Assembly (NCBI GenBank): GCA_963782055.1
Contig: CAWAIF010000002.1
Location: 1 to 64,000 of the forward strand
Direction: 5' to 3'
Source of the DNA: an uncultured delta proteobacterium
GTDB taxonomy: Bacteria > Myxococcota_A > Polyangia > Polyangiales > Polyangiaceae
DNA length: 64,000 nucleotides
The position numbers were made by a program, and so were the translations under genes. Positions 10,351 through 19,849 of this stretch are shown piece after piece. The first letter of the stretch is position 1, and every line of letters starts with the position of its first letter. The notes beneath the pieces were generated by a model that was not told the DNA's origin, made no database searches, and saw only the letters and a list, made by a program, of their open reading frames with translations.

Positions 10351-11866
10351 GTCTCTGCTTAGCGGCCGGAAGACGGCCCGCGGCCCGGGCGTGACGTCGA
10401 CCGTCGGAGGACTCGCCGGCTAGTGGGCAAAGACAGACGGAGGCGGCTTGCCGTGGAGGTGACTTTCGTACAGCCCGATGACGAAGCCCCGAAGCGGGAG
10501 CTGGCACTTGCGCCGCGTCTGCGTGATGCTCATCCAGTGCGCCAGGGTGGCGCTGCCGGCGGCCGAGCGCGTTCCGCCGGTCATCGCGCGGTGCCGCCCG
10601 TGGGCGCGGATGTCGCGTTCGGTCGCGTTGTTCGTGGCCGGGACGTCGGGGCGGTCGATGAAGAGCGTCACCCCCACCTTGTGCTCGTCGAGGCGCTCCT
10701 GCAGCCGGACGATGTCCGGGAACTCCACGAAGTTGGTGCTGCTGATGAGATGGCCGAGGCGGATGCGCGCGCCTCGGCGCTGCTCGGGATCGCCGCTCGC
10801 CGCGGCGTGCTTGCCCGCGACGTAGAAGCCGATGAGTCGGTCGCGGAACTCCTCGGTCGCGGCGCACGGGGTGAGCTCGGCGATCTTCTTGGCCTCGCGG
10901 ATGGTGTGCGCACCGCAGTAGGCGTGGGTCCAGCCGTCGTGACTCGTGTACACGCCGTAGAAGTCGGTGCACAGGACTCCTTTGAAGCTCGCGCCGAGCA
11001 TCGACTCGGCGACCCACGCGCCGCGCGACAGCTCGGCGCGGAAGACCGAGACGCGGTCGGTGCGCATCAGCCACATCCAACCCGGCACGCCGTCCTGTCG
11101 ATGGCCGCTCTCGTCGAGGCCCGCCACGGGCGATGCGCGCACCGCGTCGACCAGCTCGTCGTAGCTCGGCGCCGAGCGGCGTCGCAATCGGTCGAACATC
11201 TGCGCCAGGCCGCCGGTCGTGATCGAGATGCCGAGCCACTGTCCGAGGAACGCACTGATCTTGCCCAGCGGCATGTCGCGCTCGAAGCGCAGGTCCAGCG
11301 CCATCGCCTGCACGTTGGGGCCGAACGACACCGCGGCGACGCTCTTGCCCGCCGCCGGCGCGCCCGGCAGCTTCGCGACCACGCGCTTGTGGCACACCTC
11401 GCAGCTGCCGACGTGCGCCACGTGATGCGTCTGCCGCGGCTGCACCACTGGGATGTCGGTGACGACTGTGCTGTCCGTCTCGCCCGTCGCCACGACTGCC
11501 CCGCCACAGCTGCACGTCGCCGGCATCTCGTGCACGACTTCGTCGTCGACGTGGGCCGGTGCGGCGGGCCGCGATCCGACATGGCCCACCTTGCGGCCGC
11601 GCGGCTTGCCCGAGGGCGCCCGCCGACCCTCGGAGCGCGACGTCCGCCGCTTCCCGCGCTCCCGGAACCCGCGCTTCCACTCCTCGATCTCCTTGCGCAG
11701 CTTCGCCAGCTCTTCGCGAAGCGCGGCGTTCTCCTGCTCCAGCTCCTGGATCCGCTGCTCGGGCGTCACGTGATCCGGGATGCTCCCGATCAGGTCCCAT
11801 GGAAAGAACTTCTCGCATCAGGAACGAAGAATGGACCCACAGTGTGCGACACCGCTAAGCAGACAC
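10351..11866 (-). mobile_element. Single-ORF IS66-family element (ISBst12-like group, 1516 bp)
   Basis: Terminal IRs GTCTCTGCTTAGCGG (10351) and CCGCTAAGCAGACAC (ends 11866) match at 14 of 15 positions. The 8-bp TSD CTTGCAGT is at 10343-10350 and 11867-11874. Confidence 0.93.
10420..11769 (-). CDS. IS66-family transposase
   Basis: N-terminal coiled coil, CSCG..CEVC finger, GLDESG, CTDFY.VY, C.AH.IRE and ATNNATERDIR. Confidence 0.92.
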   Translation of the reverse strand: MTPEQRIQELEQENAALREELAKLRKEIEEWKRGFRERGKRRTSRSEGRRAPSGKPRGRKVGHVGSRPAAPAHVDDEVVHEMPATCSCGGAVVATGETDSTVVTDIPVVQPRQTHHVAHVGSCEVCHKRVVAKLPGAPAAGKSVAAVSFGPNVQAMALDLRFERDMPLGKISAFLGQWLGISITTGGLAQMFDRLRRRSAPSYDELVDAVRASPVAGLDESGHRQDGVPGWMWLMRTDRVSVFRAELSRGAWVAESMLGASFKGVLCTDFYGVYTSHDGWTHAYCGAHTIREAKKIAELTPCAATEEFRDRLIGFYVAGKHAAASGDPEQRRGARIRLGHLISSTNFVEFPDIVRLQERLDEHKVGVTLFIDRPDVPATNNATERDIRAHGRHRAMTGGTRSAAGSATLAHWMSITQTRRKCQLPLRGFVIGLYESHLHGKPPPSVFAH

Positions 11867-12529
11867 CTTGCAGTCGTGGAGCGAGAGGTTGAACGTCTGC
11901 GCATCCGTGGGCACGACTCCGGTGTAGATACACTTTGCCGTCTCGTGCGCCGACGTATCGAGGAAGCGGATGGTCGCGGTACCAGCGTGTGGGCTGGTTC
12001 CGGGACTCCAGATCGCAAGCGACACGGTCGCGGGAACGACCAGGGGAACGTTCTTCGTGCCGTCGCCGATGGTCACGAAGTTCTCCGCCTGCCCGTTCGT
12101 GTTTGCCAGCGGCGTCGACCCGCAGCCACCCTGGAGTGGGCTGGTCTGCGACGTCGCTGGCTCGCTGCTCGACCCGCCACACGACAGCGCCAACATGAAG
12201 GTCGTAACCAGCGCGGCCGCCGTACGGCCGGACGTGCTCATCCTGCTCAGAAGCATGACGCCCTCCTCCTCTCGCGACGGACGATACACCTCCCGGCCCG
12301 CGCCACAAGACGTGGCGTGTGACAATCGTGTTGATTGCTCTCTGTCAGGACACGCCCGTGCTGCTCACGCGAACCGGCAAGTAGTTTTGCGGGCGCGCAC
12401 GTTCAGCGATCTACTCCCTAGGGAGTATGTATTTTTGCGCAGGTGCGCGGAGGTGCGCCCGTGCGCTCACCTGCGAGTGATGGTCGCTATCCTATGGGGT
12501 GCAGGGCAGCGAGCTGTTATGCTCGCGGC

Positions 12530-14999
12530 GTGACACGGCGACGGAGCTACTTCCGCGGCAGGGCTCACGTCGCAGCGGCGTTCGTCGCGCTGTCGGTGGC
12601 GTGCGGCGGCACCACCACGCCGAGCCCCCCGGCGCCGCAGGACGCGGGGACCGATCCGATCGATCCTCCTCGCGCGGCCGTGTCGACGACTGCCATGGAC
12701 TTCGGTCGGCGGGGGTGTGGTGGCGCCGGCACTGACGCGGCAATGACCATCGGCAACGTCGGAGGCTCGCCGCTGAAGTGGTCGGCCAGCCTCGATCCCA
12801 CTGGCGCGTTCGCGATCTCGGGCGCGTCGAGCGGCGCGATCGCGCCTGGTGGCACGGCCCCACTCGTCCTCTCCGCCGAGTCCGTCCCCGCGATGGCGTA
12901 CCCGGGCGAAGTGCTCGAGACCACACTCCGGATCGCGACGAGCGATCCGGATCGCCCGTCCGTCGCGATCCCGGTGCGGGTTCAGGCTGAGGGTGCCCTC
13001 CTCAGCGTGAAGCCCCCGAACATCGACTTCGGGCAGGTGCCACTGGGTGTGAAGGATCTCGTCATCGATCTCGCCGTGACGAACGTCGGCGACGCGGACG
13101 TGCAGATCTCGCTATTGGCGCCGCAGGACGGCGATCTCGTCGCCGCGTGGACGGGTTCCCCCGCACCCGCCACGCTCGCCGCGGGGGGAGTGCTCGCGGC
13201 AAAGGTCCTGTTCACGCCGACGGCGCCGGTGACGGTGACCGATACGACCAGCCTGGTGGTCGAGGGTCCGGTCTGTGGTTCTCCTCCACCTCCCATCGGG
13301 ATCAACGCGGAGGGCACCAAGGGCGTCGCCGGGGTCACGCCGGGCGCGCTGGACTTCGGGCTCGTGGACTGTGGCACCGTCGCCGCGGCCCAGCAGGTGA
13401 CCGTGCTGAACGCGGGCAACGGATCGTTCGACTTCTCCGCCGCGCTGGGCCTCGGATCGAAGTCCCCGTACACGGTGTCTCCCGCCAGCGGCACCGTGCC
13501 GCCCAACTCTCAGGTGGTCGTCGTCGTCACGCCCAAGGGTGTCCCGCAGAGCTCGGCCGTCACGTCCGACCTCTATGCAGACACGCTGACGGTCACGACC
13601 ACGGCGCAAGGCGACACGGCGCACCAGGTGCTGCTCCACGAGACCGCGCGTGGCGCGATCCTCTCCACCTCGGGGCCGCTGGATTTCGGTCGTCACAAGG
13701 TCGGCTCCAGCGCGACCAAGACGCTCACGCTCTCCAACACCGGCAACGCGGCCGCGCAGGTGACCGTGATGGGGACGGGATCCTTCTCCGGCGGGTCTGC
13801 CCCGGTGCCGTCCAGCGGAAGCGCGGGCGTGAGCATCGGATACGCGCCCGATCCGAAGCTGCTGGGCCAGAAGGAGAGCGGGGCTCTGAAGCTCTCCACC
13901 GCGGACACCTTCTGCGCGCCCGTGCCCACGACGAGCGCGACGGGGACGTCGTACGATCGCGCGGTGAGCGTCGCCGCCGGTGCCGCGCACACCTGCGCGA
14001 TCGCGGTGAGCGGGTTCACGTACTGCTGGGGCCGGGACGCGTCCGGCGAGTGCGGCGACGGAAAGAAGCAGGCCACTGACTGGCCGGTGCCCGTCGTGAA
14101 CCTGGCCGGCGCTACACAGCTCGCGCTCGGGGCGTACGACTCGTGCGCGCTCGTCCAGGGTGGAACTGTGGAGTGCTGGGGTGAGAACACGGTAGGGCAG
14201 CTGGGCAACGGGACGACGGTGTCGTCCTCCACGCCGGTCACGGTCTCCGGTCTCAACGACGCCGTATCCATCGGGTGCGGCGACGGCGATTCGTACGCCG
14301 TTCGCTCCGGAGGGACGGTGGCCGCCTGGGGTGGCGCAACACTAGGCAACGGTACACTCAACACCTCCGCGGTCCCGGTGGCCGTCTCGAACGTGACCGA
14401 CGCCGTCTCGGTGGCCGGCCAGCGGAACGCAGCGTGCGCCATCGGAGCAAGCGGAGACGTGTACTGCTGGGGCAGTGACTCGAACGGGCAGCTCGGCGAC
14501 GGGACCAACAACCTGTCCACCGTTCCCGTCGTCGTCTCCGGGCTGACCGATGCCACCGGGCGGACCAGCGGGACGTCGGCGTACGGCACGTGCGTCCTGC
14601 GCAGCGGCGGCGCCGTGGCGTGCTGGGGATACGGGCCACTGGGCAACGGCGACAAGACGTCCAACGTCCCGGTACCCGTCACTGGTCTCGTCGACGCGAC
14701 CTCGGTGGCTGTCGGGGCCGCCCACGCGTGCGCGCTCCGGAGCGGAGGTGAGAATCGTCTGCTGGGGCGGCAACGCGTACGGTGAGCTCGGTGACGGCAC
14801 GCAGACTGACTCCGACCTCCCGGTGAGCGTGCAGGGCATCACCACCGCCACCGCCGTCACCGCCGGGGGGCTCCACACCTGCGCCCTTCAGGCCGACGGG
14901 ACAGTGCTCTGCTGGGGCAGCGACAGCTCCAACGATGTCGGCAGTCCGTACTGCTCGTCCCAGTGCAGCACACCCGAGCCCGTGCGCGGCTTCGATTGA
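12530..14999 (+). pseudogene. Ig-like (ASH/choice-of-anchor D type) stalk plus RCC1-repeat lipoprotein, with a +1 frameshift at ~14753
   Basis: Lipobox LSVAC, four xDFG..N.G Ig-like units, and RCC1 repeats (CWGENTVGQLGNGT). GAGAATCGTC has one extra A, and the repeats continue in the 14550-14999 frame (IVCWGGNAYGELGDG). This could be a sequencing error. Confidence 0.82.
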
Positions 15000-15094
15000 G
15001 CTGCGGCGTGCCGCTTGCTACTGATCCGCTCGCCCCTCTTCCAGGCCGCGTCGGCGAGGCTGCACTCGCTCGGGAAGAGCGCTATCGTCGGGTG

Positions 15095-17497
15095 ATGCGA
15101 CGCGATTGCGGGGGGCTGTTGAGGACGGTCGTCGCCGCGGCGCTCGTCTCGAGCCAGGCGTGCGGCGGCGCGACGGCGACGCCTCCCGCCCGCGCGAGCT
15201 TCGACACGGGGGCGATGGACCTCGACGCGGTCGACTGCGGGGGCACGGGCTCGTCGACGCTCGCGATCCAGAACACCGGCGGCTCGCCGCTGACGTGGGA
15301 GGCGAGCCTGGGCAAGACGGAGGCGTTCTCTCTCGACGACGCGAGCGCGGGGACGCTCGCGCCAGGAGAGTTCGCGACCCTCCAGGTGACCGCGAAGGTC
15401 CCGGCGGCGGCGACCGCGGGGGAGGTGTTCGACGGCACCCTCTGGATCACCACCAGCGATCCCTCGGCGCCCGCGACGGCCATCGCGCTCCACGTGAGCG
15501 CCCGCGGGGCGATGCTCGCCGTGCAGCCACCCGTCGCCGACTTCGGGCAGATCCCCCTCGGCGTGGAGGCCCCCGACATCCCCGTGACGATCACCAACTC
15601 CGGCGACGAGAGCGCAGCCGTGTCGCTCGGCGCGCCGCAGGAGGCGGACTTCACCGCGACATGGGGCGGTGCGCCGGCCGCCGTGACCCTCGCACCCGGC
15701 GAGAAGCTCTCGGGCTCCCTCCGGTTCACGCCGAGCACCGCCAAGCAGGTCGTCGACACGTCGGCGCTCGTGGTCAGTGGGCCGGTGTGCGGCGCGACGA
15801 AGCCCATCACCATCAAGGGCGAAGGGACGAAGGGCGTCGCCGGGGTCAGCCCGGGTCTGCTGGACTTCGGCCTCGTCGGTTGTGGAACGGTCGCCGCGCC
15901 CCGGACGGTCACCCTCCTCAACGCGGGCAACCAGTCGTACGACTTCACCGCAGCGCTGTCGCTGGGCGCCAGCTCGCCCTACGCCGTCACGCCGAGCACC
16001 GGCACCGTGCCGCCGAAGTCCCAGGTGCAGCTCACCGTCACACCCAAGGCCGTCCCCCCGCAGTCCGCGCTGACGCCGGATCTCTACGACGACACGCTGG
16101 CGATCACGACCACCGCGCTCGACGACGTGCCGCACGCGGTCGCGCTGCAGGAATCGGCGGGCGGCGCCATCCTCTCGGCGAACGCGCCTCTCGCCTTCGG
16201 CCGGGTGCGCGTCGGCTACCCGGCGGGCAAGCAGCAGCTCGTGCTCACGAACGCGGGCAACCAGCCGGCGACGGTGACGGTGACGCCCCCTGCCCCCTTC
16301 TCGGGGGGAGGCACCGTGGTGGTACCCGCGGGAGGCACCGCGAGCACGACGGTCGTCTTCACGCCCGACCCGAAGGAGCTGGGGGCCCTCGCCCGGGACC
16401 TGGTCGTCAGCACGCCCGACGCGACGTGCGCCCCCACGCCGACGGTGACGGCCACGGCGACGGCGTACGACCGCGCGAAGCTGATCGCCGCAGGCTCATT
16501 CCATGCTTGCGTAGCCGCGCTCAGCGGGATCACCTACTGCTGGGGCTTCAACGGTGAGGGACAGCTCGGGGACGGGACGGTGAACCCGCATTCCCGGCCC
16601 GAGCCTGTCATCGGGCTCACCAATGTCGCGGCCCTCGGTCTCGGCGAGGTTCATTCCTGCGCCGTGGTCCAGGGCGGCGCGGTCGAGTGCTGGGGCTCGA
16701 ACATCCACGGAGAGCTGGGAGACGGGGTCACCGGCGGCATGTCGACCACGCCGGTCGCGGTATCGAACCTCACCAACGCCGTTGCCGTGGAGGGTGGCAA
16801 CTTCTCTTCGTACGCTCTGACGGCCACCGGCGCAGTCCTCGCGTGGGGCTGGAACGACTATGGCGAGCTGGGTAACGGCTCGACGACCGATGCCAACACC
16901 CCGGTGACCGTGTCGGGTGTCACCGACGCGGTGGCGATCGCCGCCCGCGAGGCTTCCGCCTGTGCCGTGCGCTCCGGGGGCGCGATGTGGTGCTGGGGGA
17001 ACTCGCGGCTCGGGGACGGCACGGACCAGAGCTCGACCCTGCCCGTCACCGTCGCCAACCTGACCGACGCAGTTCAGACCGACGTCGGCTGCGCCGTCCG
17101 CAGCGGAGGGGGCGTCGCGTGCTGGGGCAACGCCTACCTGGGCAATGGCCCGGCCGCGGGATCGACCGTCCCCGTCGATGTGATGGGGCTGAACGACGCG
17201 CGGGCTGTCGGGAACGGCGACGACCTCTCGTGCGTGCTCCGGTCCGGAGGCGATGTGATGTGCTGGGGTCGCAATGATTATGGTGAGCTCGGGGACGGCT
17301 CGTACGCCACCTCGCTGGTTCCCGTACACGTGTCCGGCGTCTCCAGCGCGGCTGCGCTCGCCGTGGGCGCGCGCTTCGGATGCGTGGTGAACGGCGATGG
17401 CACGGTGCTCTGCTGGGGGCGCAACGGGTATCGCGAGCTCGGCGACGGAACCACGAAGGACCGGCCCACTCCGGTGTCGGTCATCGGCTTCGACTGA
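15095..17497 (+). CDS. Ig-like stalk plus RCC1-repeat lipoprotein, tandem paralog of the preceding gene
   Basis: Signal peptide ending SSQAC. Shares EGTKGVAGV.PG.LDFGLV.CGTVAA with the paralog. Multiple CWG.N..GELGDG repeats. Confidence 0.9.
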   Translation: MRRDCGGLLRTVVAAALVSSQACGGATATPPARASFDTGAMDLDAVDCGGTGSSTLAIQNTGGSPLTWEASLGKTEAFSLDDASAGTLAPGEFATLQVTAKVPAAATAGEVFDGTLWITTSDPSAPATAIALHVSARGAMLAVQPPVADFGQIPLGVEAPDIPVTITNSGDESAAVSLGAPQEADFTATWGGAPAAVTLAPGEKLSGSLRFTPSTAKQVVDTSALVVSGPVCGATKPITIKGEGTKGVAGVSPGLLDFGLVGCGTVAAPRTVTLLNAGNQSYDFTAALSLGASSPYAVTPSTGTVPPKSQVQLTVTPKAVPPQSALTPDLYDDTLAITTTALDDVPHAVALQESAGGAILSANAPLAFGRVRVGYPAGKQQLVLTNAGNQPATVTVTPPAPFSGGGTVVVPAGGTASTTVVFTPDPKELGALARDLVVSTPDATCAPTPTVTATATAYDRAKLIAAGSFHACVAALSGITYCWGFNGEGQLGDGTVNPHSRPEPVIGLTNVAALGLGEVHSCAVVQGGAVECWGSNIHGELGDGVTGGMSTTPVAVSNLTNAVAVEGGNFSSYALTATGAVLAWGWNDYGELGNGSTTDANTPVTVSGVTDAVAIAAREASACAVRSGGAMWCWGNSRLGDGTDQSSTLPVTVANLTDAVQTDVGCAVRSGGGVACWGNAYLGNGPAAGSTVPVDVMGLNDARAVGNGDDLSCVLRSGGDVMCWGRNDYGELGDGSYATSLVPVHVSGVSSAAALAVGARFGCVVNGDGTVLCWGRNGYRELGDGTTKDRPTPVSVIGFD

Positions 17498-17712
17498 CCG
17501 CCCGCGACGGGACGCCAGAGCCCCGGGTGCACCGTGGCGTACTCGGGCCTGCGGGCAGCCCACCGGCGTCGTCGGGGCGGCGTCGATGGCGGACGGAAGA
17601 CCGGCACGCAGACGCTGCGTTTCGGGTCGGGGCGCCGGTCGTGGTGAAACGGATCCCGGGACGACGTCGCGCGGGCGCCGCCGGTCGACCGGGAAGCCGA
17701 GGCAGTAGATAG

Positions 17713-18441
17713 ATGGTTGGGTCCGTGGACAGATACAGGTGCTGGCGCTGCGGCGCGGGGTTCGACGAGCACTGCGGCTGGTGTACCTCCTGCTGGTCGG
17801 TGGGGTCCGTGGTCCTCATGGGCCGGCGCGCCGCGGCGCTCATCGACCACGAGGCCGAGGTCATCAGCGCGCGCGACCTGGCGCGCACCCAGTGGGAGTC
17901 GGTCGAGACCTCTGCCTACAACCTGGCGCTCGGCCGCGGCGCACTCGTGCTGGTTTCCGGTGAGCCGGGGTCGGGGAAATCGAGCTTCGTCGCCCGCGCG
18001 TTGGACGGCCTGCGTGGCCCGGTCGTGCTCGCGTCCGTCGAGGAAGCCCCGGGTCCGAGCCTCGGCGCGAGACTCGCGCGGGTGCGGGTCAAGCGGAAGA
18101 CGTTCACCATCGTCGGACGCTCGACCGTCGACGACCTCGCAGACGTCTGCCGCCGCACCCACGCCATCGGGCTCGGTGTCGACTCCGTGCAGGTCGCGGA
18201 GATGACGGCCAGGGATCTGAGGCACTTCCTGGGTGTCCTGCCGGACCTGGAGGTCATCTTGGGGGTAGCCCAAGTCAACAAGCAGGGCGCCATCGCCGGC
18301 GTGAATGCGCTGCCCCACGAGGCCAACGTCATCGTCGAGTGCGCCGACCTTCGCTGGAAGATCACGAAGAGCCGCTACGAGCCGTGCACCAAGACTGGAG
18401 CCGTTCTGCCGGAGGACAACGACCATGACGATCTCGGATAG
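17713..18441 (+). CDS. Short RadA/Sms-like protein (C4 Zn finger plus RecA-fold ATPase, no Lon-like domain); start may be GTG 17725
   Basis: YRCWRCG..GWCTSC finger, Walker A GEPGSGKS, SVEE, VDSVQ, QVNKQGAIAG..L.HEA.V and KSRY (compare RadA KNRFG). Confidence 0.8.
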   Translation: MVGSVDRYRCWRCGAGFDEHCGWCTSCWSVGSVVLMGRRAAALIDHEAEVISARDLARTQWESVETSAYNLALGRGALVLVSGEPGSGKSSFVARALDGLRGPVVLASVEEAPGPSLGARLARVRVKRKTFTIVGRSTVDDLADVCRRTHAIGLGVDSVQVAEMTARDLRHFLGVLPDLEVILGVAQVNKQGAIAGVNALPHEANVIVECADLRWKITKSRYEPCTKTGAVLPEDNDHDDLG

Positions 18442-18772
18442 TTTCTGCTGCTTCTTCTGCTTGTCGCCGATCGGAGCGGCACTCTGCTTCGACAAGAGGA
18501 ACAAGCCGTACGTGCGCTGCACCGTCTGCGGCTGCCGCACCTTCTTGCCGAATCCGATGGGTTTGAACGGTCTGGCGCTGATCCCGCCCTACGTGGACGG
18601 CTTGATCCGGCAGATCCAGTGGGACGCGGAGTTCGCCCGGCAGAAGCAGCAGGAGATCGACAGCTTCCTGGCCGCTCTGCAGGCGAGGACGGCGGCGCGA
18701 TCGCAGCCCGGCGGGGCGGAGAAGGCGGCGACTCCGGTCCTGCTCCCCGAGAAGAAGGGAGGTGCCGCGTGA
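18425..18772 (+). CDS. Hypothetical Zn-ribbon protein
   Basis: CFFC..DKRNKPYVRCTVCGCRTF. Overlaps the upstream stop and has a GTGA overlap with the next gene. Confidence 0.7.
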   Translation: MTISDSFCCFFCLSPIGAALCFDKRNKPYVRCTVCGCRTFLPNPMGLNGLALIPPYVDGLIRQIQWDAEFARQKQQEIDSFLAALQARTAARSQPGGAEKAATPVLLPEKKGGAA

Positions 18773-19083
18773 GGCCCGGGGTGCTGCCGTTCTTGACCGC
18801 GCAGGATCGCGCTCTCGTGGCCGGGCGCGGCGGTGTCGACGGCGAGGCCCTCCGCACCATCCAGCACAATGCGGAGCTCGCCGCCGCCCAGGCCAAGGCC
18901 GCGAACGACCAGGTGGTGGCGGCCGCCGCCGGTGATCAGGCCGAGAGGCTCGAGGTCCGGGAGCTCCGCGCGGATGCGGCCACCCTGCGCGCCGAGGGGA
19001 ACCAGAAGTTCCTTGTCGCCTGCGCCCTCACCGTCGGCGGCGTCGCCGCGTTCTGGCTGTTCACCCGAGGCAAGAAGCAATGA
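18769..19083 (+). CDS. Hypothetical coiled-coil protein with C-terminal TM anchor
   Basis: GTG start after GGAGG. Ala-rich helix, then FLVACALTVGGVAAFWLF-TRGKKQ. Confidence 0.7.
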   Translation: MRPGVLPFLTAQDRALVAGRGGVDGEALRTIQHNAELAAAQAKAANDQVVAAAAGDQAERLEVRELRADAATLRAEGNQKFLVACALTVGGVAAFWLFTRGKKQ

Positions 19084-19304
19084 AGACCCATACCAACTCC
19101 GGCAGCTGGCTCTCGCCCACAGGCGTCACGTCCCTGGCCCAGGCCGTGGGCACCTCCTTCGCTCCGCCGTCCGCGGACGATGCGTGCCTCTCCGAGGCCC
19201 GTGCCGATCACGAGCGGGCCCGGCGGTGGAACGGCACGGCCGTGGCGACGGGCGTCGCGGTTGGGGCCGGCCTGGCCTTTCTGGTCCTCGTGGCCCGCCG
19301 CTGA
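19080..19304 (+). CDS. Small hypothetical protein with C-terminal TM anchor
   Basis: ATGA overlap with the previous gene. Ends AVATGVAVGAGLAFLVLVARR. Confidence 0.65.
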   Translation: MKTHTNSGSWLSPTGVTSLAQAVGTSFAPPSADDACLSEARADHERARRWNGTAVATGVAVGAGLAFLVLVARR

Positions 19305-19364
19305 CGGGCAGGCGGTGCGCCTGCGACGCGGTGCGCCTGCGCAGCGCCGGCGGCGCCGCCATCG

Positions 19365-19679
19365 TCACCGGGATCCCCGGCGGGGCCGCCGCGGTCCACG
19401 AGGCACCGCCGCCCGGGCCGGGAGGCGCCTCGGCGCGGAGGCCGCCCCGTCCGCCACGCCGTTGGGCGCCTCCAGCTCGAGGTGCTTCACCGACGGCAGC
19501 CGACCGCCGGCGATCCCGTGCACCTCGCCGACCAGGGACGCCAGGCCGTTCCTGCCGCGCTCCAGGATCTTCTCCCGGCGCGTCCAGCGCGCCGTCATCG
19601 CGCGCCGCTCGCCGTCCAGGTCCTCCTGGAGGTCCACCAGCGCGTCGGCGATGGCCTCGACACGCTGCTTGAACTTCAA
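19365..19679 (-). pseudogene. DUF2130-family C-terminal fragment
   Basis: FKQRVEAIADALVDLQEDLDGERRAMTARWTRREKILER...GEVHGIAG resembles the DUF2130 C-terminus. The N-terminal part is absent. Confidence 0.65.
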
Positions 19680-19849
19680 CGGTCGTCTCGACGCATTCGC
19701 CGCGAAGGTCGTCGGCGGATGAACCGGAGCCGAGGGCGATGTCTATCATCGCGAGGACGTCATCGCGGTTGTTGACAATCGCCTAACGCTGGTACGGTTG
19801 AGGCTCTCAAGAACCGCGCAAACGTCCTGCGATACTCTCGAACCAAACC

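Larger units (their letters stand above)
3812..12256 (-). pseudogene. Teneurin-like Rhs/YD-repeat polymorphic toxin lipoprotein (2306 aa when reconstructed), interrupted by the IS at 10351-11866
   Basis: ATG 12256 after GAGGAGG, lipobox LALSC. Removing the IS plus one TSD joins ..LHDCK|GQPNIG.. in frame. Contains Cys-rich DNNPCTTDSC/DGDPCNG repeats, ENQVLGESLPVIGTPFSLNYRS, LGLGGWTLSPQHVYD, NHL repeats (LYVADTGDYTVRKL), YD repeats, Rhs core end NLYGYCNNDPVNCIDADG and a variable C-terminus. Confidence 0.88.

Noticed and set aside
3812..11818. 2668-aa ORF as a native full-length protein
   Set aside because: Its first ~490 codons are a shadow frame of the inserted IS. The real N-terminus lies at 11875-12256.
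17713..18441. Housekeeping radA
   Set aside because: It lacks the Lon-like domain, has a diverged KNRFG motif and sits in an island operon, so no gene symbol was assigned.
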